In this document: piece by piece, positions 1 to 10,645 of the stretch
Position numbering within the stretch: position 1 is the first letter of the stretch
Layout of the letters: each line of letters starts with the position of its first letter
Virus record (IMG/VR): IMGVR_UViG_3300006226_000018
Coordinates: 13,224-77,223 of that record
Length of the DNA: 64,000 bases
Strand: one strand, 5' to 3'
Origin: a virus
Lineage: Duplodnaviria > Caudoviricetes
The notes under the pieces: model-generated
What the model was told of the DNA's origin: nothing
Database searches by the model: none
What the model saw: only the letters and a program-made list of their open reading frames with translations
Program-made: the position numbers and the translations under genes

Positions 1-3000
1 TTAATTCTTGAAATAATCTGAGATATTGTGTCACTTGCGCATTACTGGTCCCCGGATCAGGAAATAATGCCACATCACTCAATGAGTTAGTTAAATTCAC
101 AATACTTTCTCGTAATCCAGCATTAAATGCTCGATAATCTTCATTTAGATTACCAATACGTTCTTGTAATTTACTTAATTCAGATTGCTCGATCTGATAA
201 CTTGCTCTCCATGCATCTAAATCAGGTTTTATTGAACCCCACTTCATCCATGCAGTATGAATCGACTTTACCAACATTGAAATCATTGAAACAGCCGAAA
301 GAATTATACTTACATTTGAAACAGCATTGCGTAAAAATGTCATACCACGGGCAAAATATCCAGAAAATCCTTTTACACTATTTTCCATCCCCGTAATTTG
401 CTTATTGATGTCTTTTAATTGTGGTGCAGTATCTTCTACCACCTTTTGTACCTTAACTCCGGCAGCAGCTAACTTTTCAGTATTGTCTCCAGCATCAGTT
501 ATTTCTTTACCAATATTGGTATACATATCTTTAACGCCCATTAACTGTTTCATTACAGGAGCTACATTATTACCAAAATCAGGCCGTAATGTAAGAATTT
601 TAACCAATCTTTGGGCCATACCATCTATACTTTGTGCCTGCTGATTAACTTGTGCAGCCACACCGGAATGGGCAAATTGCTGAATACCATTTAACTGGAT
701 TCCTAATTGCGATATTCCCGCATGAGTGCTTGCCAACACCTGAAACGCATTTGAAATATCCATAACACCGGTGGCATCCATTTCATTGATTACAGCTTTT
801 AATTCAGCGACGCCACCACGTGCTGCACTCACCTGAGATTCAATAGCATCAAATGCATTTACAATATTACGTCGTTGTTCGATTCCTCCCCTTCCTCGGA
901 AATTATGTTTTTGCATTTCTTCTATATTGAACTGCTTCATCAATTGACGTAACTTTGCCCCATGTAGCCTACCAAACTCTGCAACCTCAGCATCTGTCAT
1001 AAGATTTTGATCTAAAAACCGTTTTTTATCAAAAAGTGGTATTGTTTGCTGCATATTTTGAACAGCATCATTCATTTCATCATAATATTTTGTAAAAACA
1101 GCTTTAATGTGCGCAGGATTTATCTTACCCTGCGCGGCATTATCCAACACTTGCGCCCAATCTGTAGGTTGTACTTGGATACACTTACTGAAATCAATTT
1201 TATTTTTATTACCACTGGCAGCAATAATTGAATCTAATTGATACGATGTACTGGCAATCTCCTTTTGTAATGTCTCAGGAAGTAATTTAAGCCCTGCTTC
1301 GGTTTGCTGACGAATAGCCTGTATATCAGGAAGTGTTTTATCGTCCTGTTGGTATCTGGCCAGTCGAGCATCACTTACCCCGGTGTACTCCTTTACAAGC
1401 TGCATATTACGTGTCAATTCTTGTATATCACGTATTTCTTGCTCTCTAAGCACAGCAGTACGTTGTAACGCCGCATTTTGTTCATGTGCAGCCGCAGTAT
1501 CCAAAATACGACCTTGTTCTATAGCTGAACCTGCCCGTATCTGTTCTGTAAATCGCTTTTGAGCAACATCAATTAACTGTTTTTGTGTGGCATTATCCAA
1601 CGTTAATAACCCAGATGATTTCTGCAATTTCTCAATTAAAGCTAACTCTGCCGCCGCTGTATTAAGTTTTTCTAACGTCAGTTCTCCTTCTACCGGTATG
1701 ATTATCGGTGGAACCTCACCAATAAGATTTTCTCTAGTAAGCGATGTCATAGGTAATTGTTTACTTACTTGAAATGCAGCAGCAGTATCTGTTTTTGTGG
1801 GATCAAACTTAATCTCTTTACCCAATGGAGATTTAAACATAGTCATTGTCTGAACATGAAATTTCTTTATTTCTTTTTCATATTCAGAAGTCATGCGATG
1901 TAATGCACTTATTTGTCCTTCGGCAATCTTTACGCCACCCTGCATAACATCAAGCATTGGTACTTTACCGGCTACAATATCCATCTTTTGGGCAACCGTC
2001 ATACCAAGTCGCTCTATAGATGCTGCCATAGCCTGACCGCCCCTATAAATAGTGGAAGGAATTTTATACATTAAATATGCTTGTAATCCCTTTTCAATCA
2101 AACTTAACATTCGACTAAAACCAGTACGAACATCACCAAATGTTCCAAATAATGTAAATGTATTAGCTACCCCTTCGATCATGCCATTCATTAGTGATAC
2201 AAAGGACTGTGTAAATGATCCGGTATGAGTAAGAACTTCCTTATATAACGTCTTTATTTGTTCAGTATTAAAACTTTGCACCATCGTGTTCTGTAATTGT
2301 GTTTGACGTGCATCAATAGTATCCGTCATTCGCTTAATCGCATCTTCACGGGCATCTGTAATTAATTCACTTCCAGATTTTGCATCGTCCATAATTGCTT
2401 TATAGTCATTCATGCGCTGAGAAAGCATATCGAGCATAGCCATAAAACGCGGAGCCTGCCGAGTACCAGCATACAGCTCAATAAATTTTTTCAATTCTGA
2501 AAATTGTCCCATCGCGTTCAACTTCTCATATGTTTTAAGAAGCATTTCCAGCGACGAATTTACTTTCACAGTACCATCTTGTATTTCAGTAGCCGATACC
2601 CCCCACTGTGCCATAAAACGAGTTTCCCTCGCTGTACGGTCAGGACGAGTAAATATCGTATTTAATGCAGTACCGGCCATCTCCCCGGAGAATCCAGCTT
2701 CCGTCAACGCTGTAGAGGCCATCAACATCTCATCTACAGTCAGACGCGCAACACGCCCCGATGCCGCAAAACGAAGCATAGATTGACTTAATTTATCAAA
2801 ATTGGTGGCTGTTTTTATATCTAATTCGGCCATTTGCCGAATAAGCTCTGTGGTTTCAAATGTGCCAAGTCGAAGCTGATTCTTTAACGCAATTGTACCC
2901 TGTGCCATCTGCTGTAAATCACGCATCTGACCAGTAGATGTAGCCAACAATAAGCGCGTTTCAGCAAGTGCGGCAGTAAGCGTTGTAACAGATTCAGTAT

Positions 3001-3742
3001 CCATACCAGTACGAGAAAGTTCCACCATCGTACCAGCCACATCAGACATACGAGCAGCGTATCCCTGAGCTATTTGCTGTGCATCAGCCATTGCTTTGGC
3101 GGTTACTTGCATACCTTCGGCGGCACTCATACTACCACGAGAGATACGGTAAAAACTCGCATCAAGTAAATCAAGGTCTTTAATAATTGGTGAAACTTGT
3201 CCCCACATACGGTATATCGCAAACATACCTGCGGTATATCCCATTAACCCCCGATTAAATCCACCGTAAAAATTACCACCGCCACCGCCACCATATCCTC
3301 CACCACGTCCCCCGCCGCCCCAATTACCAGTAAAAGCTGAACTCATGGGAGTGGCATACGGAACAAGTTGCTGCATATTCTGTAACCCTTGTGGAATAGC
3401 GTTCCACAAAGTTTTTGCTTGTACAGTAACATTAGCTATAGCGGCGCGTAAACGTTCAATAGTAGAAACGTTTGCTTCAACTTGCCGATTCATTTGCTGC
3501 ATACCTGTCGTTACACGCTGTATTGGGTAATTGGTGCGTTCAAAGGCAGCAGTCATATTATTGATTTTATTGACATCAAAGAGGCGATCTGTATAATTCT
3601 TCATTTCAGACATAGGAAGCATCATCTGACGAATTACATCAGATAATTGCTGTGCTGTTTGAATGGATGAAGTATCATCATGCTCTATGCGTAAATTAGC
3701 TAAAATTTCAGCTATGAAACCGACATTGCTTTCATCGGCCAT
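1..3742 (-). CDS. Tape measure protein (TP901-like), partial, >1247 aa, runs off the left edge
   Basis: Not in the ORF track. ATG at 3742 (MADESNVGFIAEILANL...); frame open in the portions translated, no stop at the window edge; segments such as ELSRTGMDTESV and TEAGFSGEMAGTALNTIF resemble the TP901 TMP core; follows the tail chaperones. Confidence 0.9.
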   Translation of the reverse strand, partial: MADESNVGFIAEILANLRIEHDDTSSIQTAQQLSDVIRQMMLPMSEMKNYTDRLFDVNKINNMTAAFERTNYPIQRVTTGMQQMNRQVEANVSTIERLRAAIANVTVQAKTLWNAIPQGLQNMQQLVPYATPMSSAFTGNWGGGGRGGGYGGGGGGNFYGGFNRGLMGYTAGMFAIYRMWGQVSPIIKDLDLLDASFYRISRGSMSAAEGMQVTAKAMADAQQIAQGYAARMSDVAGTMVELSRTGMDTESVTTLTAALAETRLLLATSTGQMRDLQQMAQGTIALKNQLRLGTFETTELIRQMAELDIKTATNFDKLSQSMLRFAASGRVARLTVDEMLMASTALTEAGFSGEMAGTALNTIFTRPDRTARETRFMAQWGVSATEIQDGTVKVNSSLEMLLKTYEKLNAMGQFSELKKFIELYAGTRQAPRFMAMLDMLSQRMNDYKAIMDDAKSGSELITDAREDAIKRMTDTIDARQTQLQNTMVQSFNTEQIKTLYKEVLTHTGSFTQSFVSLMNGMIEGVANTFTLFGTFGDVRTGFSRMLSLIEKGLQAYLMYKIPSTIYRGGQAMAASIERLGMTVAQKMDIVAGKVPMLDVMQGGVKIAEGQISALHRMTSEYEKEIKKFHVQTMTMFKSPLGKEIKFDPTKTDTAAAFQVSKQLPMTSLTRENLIGEVPPIIIPVEGELTLEKLNTAAAELALIEKLQKSSGLLTLDNATQKQLIDVAQKRFTEQIRAGSAIEQGRILDTAAAHEQNAALQRTAVLREQEIRDIQELTRNMQLVKEYTGVSDARLARYQQDDKTLPDIQAIRQQTEAGLKLLPETLQKEIASTSYQLDSIIAASGNKNKIDFSKCIQVQPTDWAQVLDNAAQGKINPAHIKAVFTKYYDEMNDAVQNMQQTIPLFDKKRFLDQNLMTDAEVAEFGRLHGAKLRQLMKQFNIEEMQKHNFRGRGGIEQRRNIVNAFDAIESQVSAARGGVAELKAVINEMDATGVMDISNAFQVLASTHAGISQLGIQLNGIQQFAHSGVAAQVNQQAQSIDGMAQRLVKILTLRPDFGNNVAPVMKQLMGVKDMYTNIGKEITDAGDNTEKLAAAGVKVQKVVEDTAPQLKDINKQITGMENSVKGFSGYFARGMTFLRNAVSNVSIILSAVSMISMLVKSIHTAWMKWGSIKPDLDAWRASYQIEQSELSKLQERIGNLNEDYRAFNAGLRESIVNLTNSLSDVALFPDPGTSNAQVTQYLRLFQEL

Positions 3743-3747
3743 TTGGA

Positions 3748-4173
3748 TCACCTCGGAGGATTATTTTTAGCCTTCATATATTTTACAGCCCAATCCGTAC
3801 TCTTTTGAGATAACGGGTCTCCCAATTCAGCAAACCGCTTAAATCCTAATCCATCACCCTCAGTATCCTTTTTCCATCCATACTGTGATTCGCCTTTTTT
3901 GCCTTTACCCATCTCTTTACGACGTTTATCTGAAAAATCGCTATACCATTTACTCATCTTGGTCGGATACTTCAACAAGTCCTCCGGCATAGCATCCATA
4001 ACGTCATGTTGTGAATGAATAACATCGTAAAGCTGACTCAATGCCAAAAGCTCCGATTGAGTCATCGTCATTCCCCATAATGTTGTTTCTCCAAAGAAAC
4101 TGGCAGCACCGAACTCTCGATAGGCGACATATGCGCGGGTCCATGTGGAATCATGGTTGATTATTTCAGCCAT
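3748..4173 (-). CDS. Tail assembly chaperone C-terminal (T/GT) frame, probably made via -1 frameshift
   Basis: Lies between chaperone and TMP; its frame is open upstream through the slippery site at 4238-4245. Confidence 0.75.
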   Translation of the reverse strand: MAEIINHDSTWTRAYVAYREFGAASFFGETTLWGMTMTQSELLALSQLYDVIHSQHDVMDAMPEDLLKYPTKMSKWYSDFSDKRRKEMGKGKKGESQYGWKKDTEGDGLGFKRFAELGDPLSQKSTDWAVKYMKAKNNPPR

Positions 4174-4217
4174 CGCCTGCTCACGTACAAATTGCCGTAT
4201 AACGGCAAAGAAAAGGA

Positions 4218-4931
4218 CTATGAGCTCGGTGCAGTATCTTTTTTTAATTCTCCAACCACCTCAGCATGTTCCTCAAATATCACTTCATACTGCGAGGGCG
4301 TACCAGCCCAATATAATGCCAACTGACCACGGAAGAACAATATCTTATCAATATTTTCTTCATTCATTACTTTTTCATAATCGTCCCAAACCTGCTTACC
4401 GTCTTTATCAACAAGACATCTGGAAATGAGAAATAAATCCCGCTGTTCTTCGGCCATCGCTTCCGCGCAGTTGGTCATGATTTCTTCTTCCATGCGCGTT
4501 TGCTCCTGCAACTCCATAACAACATTGCGTTCGTCATCGGTGAGTTTATCCAAAAATTGATTAAATATCAGCATAATACCATTAGGTGTTTGCAAGTATT
4601 CACCTAAACGTTCCTGCGGTAAATGTTCTTGCATCTTCTTACCAATGTCACTCAACACAGCAGCGCGGCGTTCTATTACTTCCGGGTCCCTTCCGGCATC
4701 TGCAATCGCCTTGGTAAGCGTCACACGCGCCTCCATACGAGTAGGTACAGGCGGTTCAAGTTTCCTGAACGTGTTGAAAAACTGCGTATAAATTATGCGA
4801 CCGTCAATAACATCTCTTTGTGTAGGAAATGATAGCGCATACGGTTCTCCGTCGTATACAACTATTCGTTTTCCAGAAGTAATTTCTGCTAGATACTCAG
4901 TGCGTTCTTCGTACCCCAATGTAACAGACAT
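4218..4931 (-). CDS. Tail assembly chaperone (G-like)
   Basis: 237 aa, directly after the major tail gene; slippery heptamer near the 3' end. Confidence 0.75.
   Translation of the reverse strand: MSVTLGYEERTEYLAEITSGKRIVVYDGEPYALSFPTQRDVIDGRIIYTQFFNTFRKLEPPVPTRMEARVTLTKAIADAGRDPEVIERRAAVLSDIGKKMQEHLPQERLGEYLQTPNGIMLIFNQFLDKLTDDERNVVMELQEQTRMEEEIMTNCAEAMAEEQRDLFLISRCLVDKDGKQVWDDYEKVMNEENIDKILFFRGQLALYWAGTPSQYEVIFEEHAEVVGELKKDTAPSS
4238..4245 (-). other. Programmed -1 ribosomal frameshift site A AAA AAA G
   Basis: Minus strand TTA AAA AAA GAT; the -1 frame reads RYCTELIVLFFAVIRQFVREQA straight into MAEIINHD of the 3748-4173 ORF. Confidence 0.8.
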
Positions 4932-4949
4932 GCGTTCAGCACCCTTTCA

Positions 4950-4980
4950 AAACAAAAGATGGAGCCGTAAGGCTCCATCT
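4950..4980 (-). terminator. Intrinsic terminator after the major tail gene
   Basis: AGATGGAGCC-TTAC-GGCTCCATCT, a perfect 10-bp stem followed by TTTGTTTT on the minus strand. Confidence 0.8.
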
Positions 4981-5005
4981 CATTATATCCGATTGTTTAC
5001 GGAAA

Positions 5006-6307
5006 TTACCAGATGCGGGACCACTGTGTATCAGGATAAACAATGATGCTGTGAGGCGGCGTAATGTTTCCTTCCGCATCACGCAGCGCGTTCCCGATAT
5101 AGTGAATGACCGCAGACGTACCGGTCGGCCAGCCAGTGGGGAAGCCAAGCCAGAACGCATTGTCTGTCTGTACCTCGACATCGCCGATGAACGTAATAGC
5201 TTCACACGGCACTGTAACGAAGTTGCCGGGAGTGAGCTCGTACTCAAGCACGAAGTTTTCCTGCGGTGTTAAGCCGGTGCCAAACGTACCCGCCTGCCAG
5301 TTCGCCAACACGTTAGGATCAATCATGCGCGAGAAGTTCACGAGAATATCATTCCAGCCGTCCGTTGGATTATTAAAGTCACTCCATATTTTTGCAGAAC
5401 CGGGACCGGAATCAACAAAATACGGATGCGCGTTTACCATCAACGGGGCCTTCGACACACCAGTCTGCGTGACAGGTACATCGCCCGGTATCAGGTACAT
5501 ACACTTGACTATCTGACCATCTTTCGACACCGGGGCTCCCTTGAGCTCCAAGTACGAAATGATGTCCGGTGGTGCGCCGGGTATCGGACTCGGTACAGCC
5601 TGCGTCCTAATCATCGCCTGATCGGGATCGACAACAATCTCGTCGCCTATCCACACGCGAAGCGCAAACTCAACCGGGCACATCTCATGAATCATCTGAC
5701 CTGTTACGACACCCGAGGGGGACCGTACCACGACGTTATTCATGACCGGAGATACCACCGCAGGATACGTCAGACGGAACGTAGCGTCGCCTGCCTTAGT
5801 ATCCGGGAAACAATCGGTGAATATCTGATACCCGTCAAACGTCAGTAAGCGCGTCGCCGAATATGCGATGTCCGCTGTCGATGCGTCGTCAATCGGGTTA
5901 GCCCCGGAATACGAGCCTGCAAAGTCGGCATACCACGACGAATACATAACCTTGGAACGGTCCTTGAGCGAAACGTTCACATAAACGTCGCATTTCTGCA
6001 TGTATGCCGGATCAAACACAAACGACTTATCCGGGTCCTGATTGCACAACGCCCGAAGAACAGGCCACATATGCCCAAGGTTCTTGAGGCTGACGGTCCC
6101 CGAAACGTTATCAAACGATTTCTCGTCAATAACATTCGACAACCAGCCGTGCTGACCATGCTGCATGTCTGTGGTGTTCGCGTTGCCGTCGAACGTCTGG
6201 ACACCTTCAAAGAAGATTGGCTGATACGAAACGGGTACTATCATCGGGTCCTGCTGCTTACCCGGATAGATATAGTATTTACTCCATTTGGTCGCCATCT
6301 GTATCAC
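5006..6307 (-). CDS. Probable major tail (tube) protein with C-terminal extension
   Basis: 433 aa, beta-rich; sits between neck genes and chaperones; followed by a terminator as expected for a high-copy protein. Confidence 0.7.
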   Translation of the reverse strand: MIQMATKWSKYYIYPGKQQDPMIVPVSYQPIFFEGVQTFDGNANTTDMQHGQHGWLSNVIDEKSFDNVSGTVSLKNLGHMWPVLRALCNQDPDKSFVFDPAYMQKCDVYVNVSLKDRSKVMYSSWYADFAGSYSGANPIDDASTADIAYSATRLLTFDGYQIFTDCFPDTKAGDATFRLTYPAVVSPVMNNVVVRSPSGVVTGQMIHEMCPVEFALRVWIGDEIVVDPDQAMIRTQAVPSPIPGAPPDIISYLELKGAPVSKDGQIVKCMYLIPGDVPVTQTGVSKAPLMVNAHPYFVDSGPGSAKIWSDFNNPTDGWNDILVNFSRMIDPNVLANWQAGTFGTGLTPQENFVLEYELTPGNFVTVPCEAITFIGDVEVQTDNAFWLGFPTGWPTGTSAVIHYIGNALRDAEGNITPPHSIIVYPDTQWSRIW

Positions 6308-6323
6308 TCCTTAATTGATTAAA

Positions 6324-6812
6324 TTACCGGAATCGTGGAAGTACCCTTAACCAAAGACCGTAAGTTCTTCTGTACACCCCCACAAAGTTACACACGGTAT
6401 TGCCTTTCGAGACAACCGATTCAGCAAACCAAGTATCGAGCGGAGCGCGAATTAGAGACTGATTACGAGTACAAAAATCATACAAATCGTCCCCCACTTG
6501 CTCGCGCAAATCAGGGTCATGCGAATAAAGATCAATCGACATGTACACTTTGCGCCCGTGATCCCGTGTTCCAAATTGCGTTGCTCTCGATACATCACCG
6601 CCTTCAACAATACACACAAGGAGACTTATAGGGTTCCCTGTTTCCACCAGCTTTCCAACGCCCATATCGTTAGGGTAATCCCCCACAATATCTAATTTCT
6701 TATCAAATTGTACATCAGCATGTTCTGGTCGCTTAATATAGGGTATTAGCGACGCAAAGGCACTTGTTTTATAAGCCAAAAACACTTCTCGTAACCCTTT
6801 AGTTAGAGACAT
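6324..6812 (-). CDS. Probable tail terminator/completion protein
   Basis: 162 aa; position; SIDLYS...RRTYGLWLRV pattern. Confidence 0.55.
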   Translation of the reverse strand: MSLTKGLREVFLAYKTSAFASLIPYIKRPEHADVQFDKKLDIVGDYPNDMGVGKLVETGNPISLLVCIVEGGDVSRATQFGTRDHGRKVYMSIDLYSHDPDLREQVGDDLYDFCTRNQSLIRAPLDTWFAESVVSKGNTVCNFVGVYRRTYGLWLRVLPRFR

Positions 6813-6817
6813 TTACT

Positions 6818-7549
6818 TTACCCCATATGTTTGTTTTCCCATTGAGCATGGGCTTCTTCTCTCGCACGTGCGGCCAAACTCTGCGCCTTTATCTGTTCTG
6901 CCTGCGACTGCAATTCATTAGTCATACTCTCGATTTGCGCCACCACAGCCTGTAACGTGACACGATCATAATTCATTCTTATCATGCCTTTAGAACCCAA
7001 CAATGCCCGTGCAAGATTTTGTCGTATCGCGCTAAATATTCTCTCAAATATCATCTGCGGTGCTTCATATTTTAAATTCAACGGAAACCGAGTATCTTCC
7101 TCATTTATCACTCGATATGTAACTATTTTCTGACCACCCTTTATGAATCCAAGCGGGTCATTACGCAGCGCATTTTCGTCAACGAATATCTGAATGACCG
7201 CCGATGTTTTTGACATATTACCAAGATCACGCGCATTTTCTTTCCGCAATAAATCCCCAGCTATCGCGTCCTGTAAGCTACCTGTCACAACATGAATACG
7301 CTCCGGGCCATCAACACCAAACACTGAAAAATTAGCCCGTATATACGCCACCATGTATTCAGCCATCGCCCAGCCGATAGCGTCCATAGCATCCGGGTCA
7401 ATGAGCAAACAGTCACCGATTCGGTCTAAAACTTGTGTCAAATACTCGTTAATTACTGCCGCTACCTGCTGTGAATTGGTTGCGCGTATACGTCGGGTAT
7501 CAATCTTTCGCCCTGCAATATTCAGTGTTAAATCCAATATAGCGGCCAT
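6818..7549 (-). CDS. Putative neck/tail completion protein
   Basis: 243 aa in the neck cluster; VVTGSLQDAI motif reminiscent of the HK97 gp10-like TG-L signature. Confidence 0.45.
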   Translation of the reverse strand: MAAILDLTLNIAGRKIDTRRIRATNSQQVAAVINEYLTQVLDRIGDCLLIDPDAMDAIGWAMAEYMVAYIRANFSVFGVDGPERIHVVTGSLQDAIAGDLLRKENARDLGNMSKTSAVIQIFVDENALRNDPLGFIKGGQKIVTYRVINEEDTRFPLNLKYEAPQMIFERIFSAIRQNLARALLGSKGMIRMNYDRVTLQAVVAQIESMTNELQSQAEQIKAQSLAARAREEAHAQWENKHMG

Positions 7550-7550
7550 G

Positions 7551-8066
7551 TTAATACTCTCGTATTTGCTTGGTTAATGGCTCCAACAAATACAGCATAA
7601 CGATAGGTGTAGCCTCTTTTTCAATATAGTATGGATTATCAGCAGTTACCCTGAAAAAATATTGACTGTTATTATTATCAGTGAAATCAAGCCTGTTAAA
7701 CCTGAAATTCTCATATGAGATTGCCATCCAAGACCAATTAGGTTCTTGAGTGACAGTTCTTGCAATAAACTCCCAGCCACCGAACGCATACTTTGGAATA
7801 AGTATCATTTCCTTTTGTACAGCAATTACTTCGACAGCTCTACTTCCATCAGCAACCAATAGTCCGGTGGCCAAACAATCCACTGCCTGCATGTTCTTCT
7901 GATGCCACGTAGGATCATATTTATGCCACATCGACTGCTGTACACAGGGGCACTCGATAGTATCTGCATAATCTTCAACAATAAATATAGTGACGGGAAT
8001 AGAATGTTGGTCTATTCTTCGATGAAGTGCTTTAGCACGTGCAGAAGTTGCAATCAGCGGAGCCAT
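7551..8066 (-). CDS. Putative head closure protein
   Basis: 171 aa; position; CPC and C..TG motifs. Confidence 0.45.
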   Translation of the reverse strand: MAPLIATSARAKALHRRIDQHSIPVTIFIVEDYADTIECPCVQQSMWHKYDPTWHQKNMQAVDCLATGLLVADGSRAVEVIAVQKEMILIPKYAFGGWEFIARTVTQEPNWSWMAISYENFRFNRLDFTDNNNSQYFFRVTADNPYYIEKEATPIVMLYLLEPLTKQIREY

Positions 8067-8071
8067 TCACA

Positions 8072-8551
8072 TTACACCGCCTGCCAAATACTCGTTTCAC
8101 GAATTTCCACGCGCAGCGTCGCGAGAATGTCCCGCGCCTCTGCTTTCATACGATCAACCATTCGCTGTGTATTAGTAAGCTGTGAACCTGACCCGGCCCA
8201 ACCCCAACTGGCGTTGCCCATGTGTAGAGGACCAATCGAAAGACTTCCCGAATCCCCCGCACCATCGGTGCCTGCCTTGAGCGCAACAGATTTTGAATGG
8301 ACAGATAAAACCTCGGCAGCTATCCATTCCGCGAGTCCATTCTTTGCGCGTTTGATTTGATTGGCTGATAATTTCCTCACCTCGTCCGGTTGAAAATAAT
8401 CTTCCAACAACTGCATCGCCCATAACTCGATTTGCTCATTACACCGCTGTACCGTTGTTTCGTAATTGATAGCGTCCGCAGAAATACCAAGATGGGGAAG
8501 AACATCTGCCGCCGTGATCATTAATGTTGAATAATTTACACGCATTGTCAT
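8072..8551 (-). CDS. Putative head-tail adaptor
   Basis: 159 aa, helical N-terminus and SLSIGPL motif; position after capsid genes. Confidence 0.55.
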   Translation of the reverse strand: MTMRVNYSTLMITAADVLPHLGISADAINYETTVQRCNEQIELWAMQLLEDYFQPDEVRKLSANQIKRAKNGLAEWIAAEVLSVHSKSVALKAGTDGAGDSGSLSIGPLHMGNASWGWAGSGSQLTNTQRMVDRMKAEARDILATLRVEIRETSIWQAV

Positions 8552-8570
8552 TATTCTTCCCCCTCAAAGA

Positions 8571-9239
8571 CTATTTATTTTTGTTACCTGCACCACGTCT
8601 CCCAACACCGCGCCGAGGACCGGCACGAGGTGTAGGCGGCTCAGAGTTATATGATACATTATCGTCGCCTGCATCACCCTCTCCGGCATCATCACCTTCG
8701 CCCTCGCCGTCACCATCACTCATTGCAGCGATAGCGGCAGCTTCCTCAGCAGACATACCCGTATCGAACTCGGTATTCGCCTGTTCTAACGCATGTTGTC
8801 TGTTTGACGCAGCTTCGGCGGCGGCTTCGTCCAGCCCCGGAACGTCAGTATTCGCCAGATTAATATCCACTCCAATACCCTGTAGGCTTTGCGCGGCTGC
8901 TCTACGCTGGGCATCCAGAGCTTCATTCATCTGTCTTTGCGCATCTTCGGGAGTCTGCACTCCAGACTTGGATACAGTTTTCGGCGGCTGAGGAACACCG
9001 TATTTAGCATACGTATCCCAGCACATAGGCTCTTTTTCATCCTGTATCCACAGTTTAATCGTGTTCAAAAATCCCTTCTTGGGATTGGCCAAATACTGAT
9101 ACGCTTCCGGTGTAATCGACTTCGGCACATATACCGACAAGTTTACGCTCTGTCCACGCTTTGGAATGATAATGGTTTTTGTATTTCCTTGGAACATCAT
9201 TGCCATGTAAATTACTTTTCGTTTCTCACCCTTAGCCAT
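8571..9239 (-). CDS. Hypothetical virion-region protein with acidic, disordered C-terminus
   Basis: 222 aa ORF with GGAGG SD, directly downstream of the capsid gene. Confidence 0.6.
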   Translation of the reverse strand: MAKGEKRKVIYMAMMFQGNTKTIIIPKRGQSVNLSVYVPKSITPEAYQYLANPKKGFLNTIKLWIQDEKEPMCWDTYAKYGVPQPPKTVSKSGVQTPEDAQRQMNEALDAQRRAAAQSLQGIGVDINLANTDVPGLDEAAAEAASNRQHALEQANTEFDTGMSAEEAAAIAAMSDGDGEGEGDDAGEGDAGDDNVSYNSEPPTPRAGPRRGVGRRGAGNKNK

Positions 9240-9314
9240 TGTAAAGCCTCCTTGCGTTCTCAGTTGTATAAAATACGGGACGACTATACGCCGTCCCGTA
9301 TATATTACTCATGC

Positions 9315-10610
9315 TTAGTTTGCACGTTTGCCAAGATTGACCAAGACCGAGATTGCGTCGGGCTCCATCAGCGTAATGCCGAGCCGCATAGAGATAACGA
9401 GCTTGTAAACCTGACGCTCGATGTCTTTCGTGGTCTCGATCATTATGTGTCTCCACCAACCCAATTTGATGTTCTTGGGCGCAAGCAGGAACACAAAGCC
9501 ATTATCACCCGGCTCCACAACGTCGCCGATCATCTCTACATCGTGCGGAAGCTGGGGACACGTCATAATATCCGTACCGAGAGCTTGCGCTCCCTTTGAT
9601 TTCAGGATATACGTGTCACCAACGCTGGTCGGCCTGTCGGTGAGATATTCGCGCCAGTTGAGGTCGAAAATACGCGACGTAAGGTACAAATAGCTTTCAT
9701 TTGACTTACGATACCGTTCCGGCAGTGCGTATTCCAACATGTACCACTTCGGCACGTCAATAGTCTCGCCGCCGCAGTCGATGATATTAGACCCTACCTT
9801 ACCTTCTCCGGGCCGCCCCGAGGGAAGCAGCATATGGGCCATCTTAATCAACCCATCCTGTTTGTTCAGCAGGTCATAATGACGAGCATAGTCAGGATAC
9901 GGATGAGATGGACCAATACGAGTGTCGGAGTTGATGACGATGTATTCTTGGTCCGCGCCCACCTGCTGACCCAACATTCTCAAAATACGGCTGCGAAGGT
10001 TGCCGCGCTCAATGGTATCTTCCAGCATCTCATACGAGAGGTCCATCTGACCCATGTATTTGCGCGTATTCATTTCCTTCGAGCCATAGATGAGTCTGGT
10101 TTTCTGCTCATCAGTCATGGCCGTAAGTTCATGAGAACCGTGCAGTACGCGATTTCCAAGACCGATTCTGCTCAAAATGGTCTGCGTAGATGCCATCTCA
10201 AACATATCAATCATCGGAAGAAGCGGTACAGCATCCTTCGCCCACTCTTGGAATCTACGGGCATACGCCGGAGGAATGTAGCCGGATTTACGGCCTGCCC
10301 ACGGCATACTCGGGTCCAAAAGACCGCCGCCCCACTGCGGTTCACCATCTACAGGATACAAATCGTCCGAAGATATAGTGTTTATACCGCCGTAGGGAGT
10401 CCCGAGATTCAGATAGGGATCATTACGGCGCACCGGCTCTCCCGCCCTGTGGTCATAAGCGTTACGCATAGCGGTAACACCCTCATGACCTGTGGCAAGA
10501 TCACCCGTCGCCTGCCCTGTAATAGCCTGCATAATCAGAGCTTCCCCAACAGGGGACATGAACTCATCGCGGCTAAGATGTTCTTTAGTTACAGTCTGTG
10601 CTCTCCACAT
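9315..10610 (-). CDS. Major capsid protein (HK97 fold)
   Basis: 431 aa after the protease; LSYEMLEDTIERGNL...LGQQVGADQEYIVINSD pattern typical of this capsid class. Confidence 0.85.
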   Translation of the reverse strand: MWRAQTVTKEHLSRDEFMSPVGEALIMQAITGQATGDLATGHEGVTAMRNAYDHRAGEPVRRNDPYLNLGTPYGGINTISSDDLYPVDGEPQWGGGLLDPSMPWAGRKSGYIPPAYARRFQEWAKDAVPLLPMIDMFEMASTQTILSRIGLGNRVLHGSHELTAMTDEQKTRLIYGSKEMNTRKYMGQMDLSYEMLEDTIERGNLRSRILRMLGQQVGADQEYIVINSDTRIGPSHPYPDYARHYDLLNKQDGLIKMAHMLLPSGRPGEGKVGSNIIDCGGETIDVPKWYMLEYALPERYRKSNESYLYLTSRIFDLNWREYLTDRPTSVGDTYILKSKGAQALGTDIMTCPQLPHDVEMIGDVVEPGDNGFVFLLAPKNIKLGWWRHIMIETTKDIERQVYKLVISMRLGITLMEPDAISVLVNLGKRAN

Positions 10611-10645
10611 AGTTATCTCTCCTATCTTTCAAAGATATACAACGA

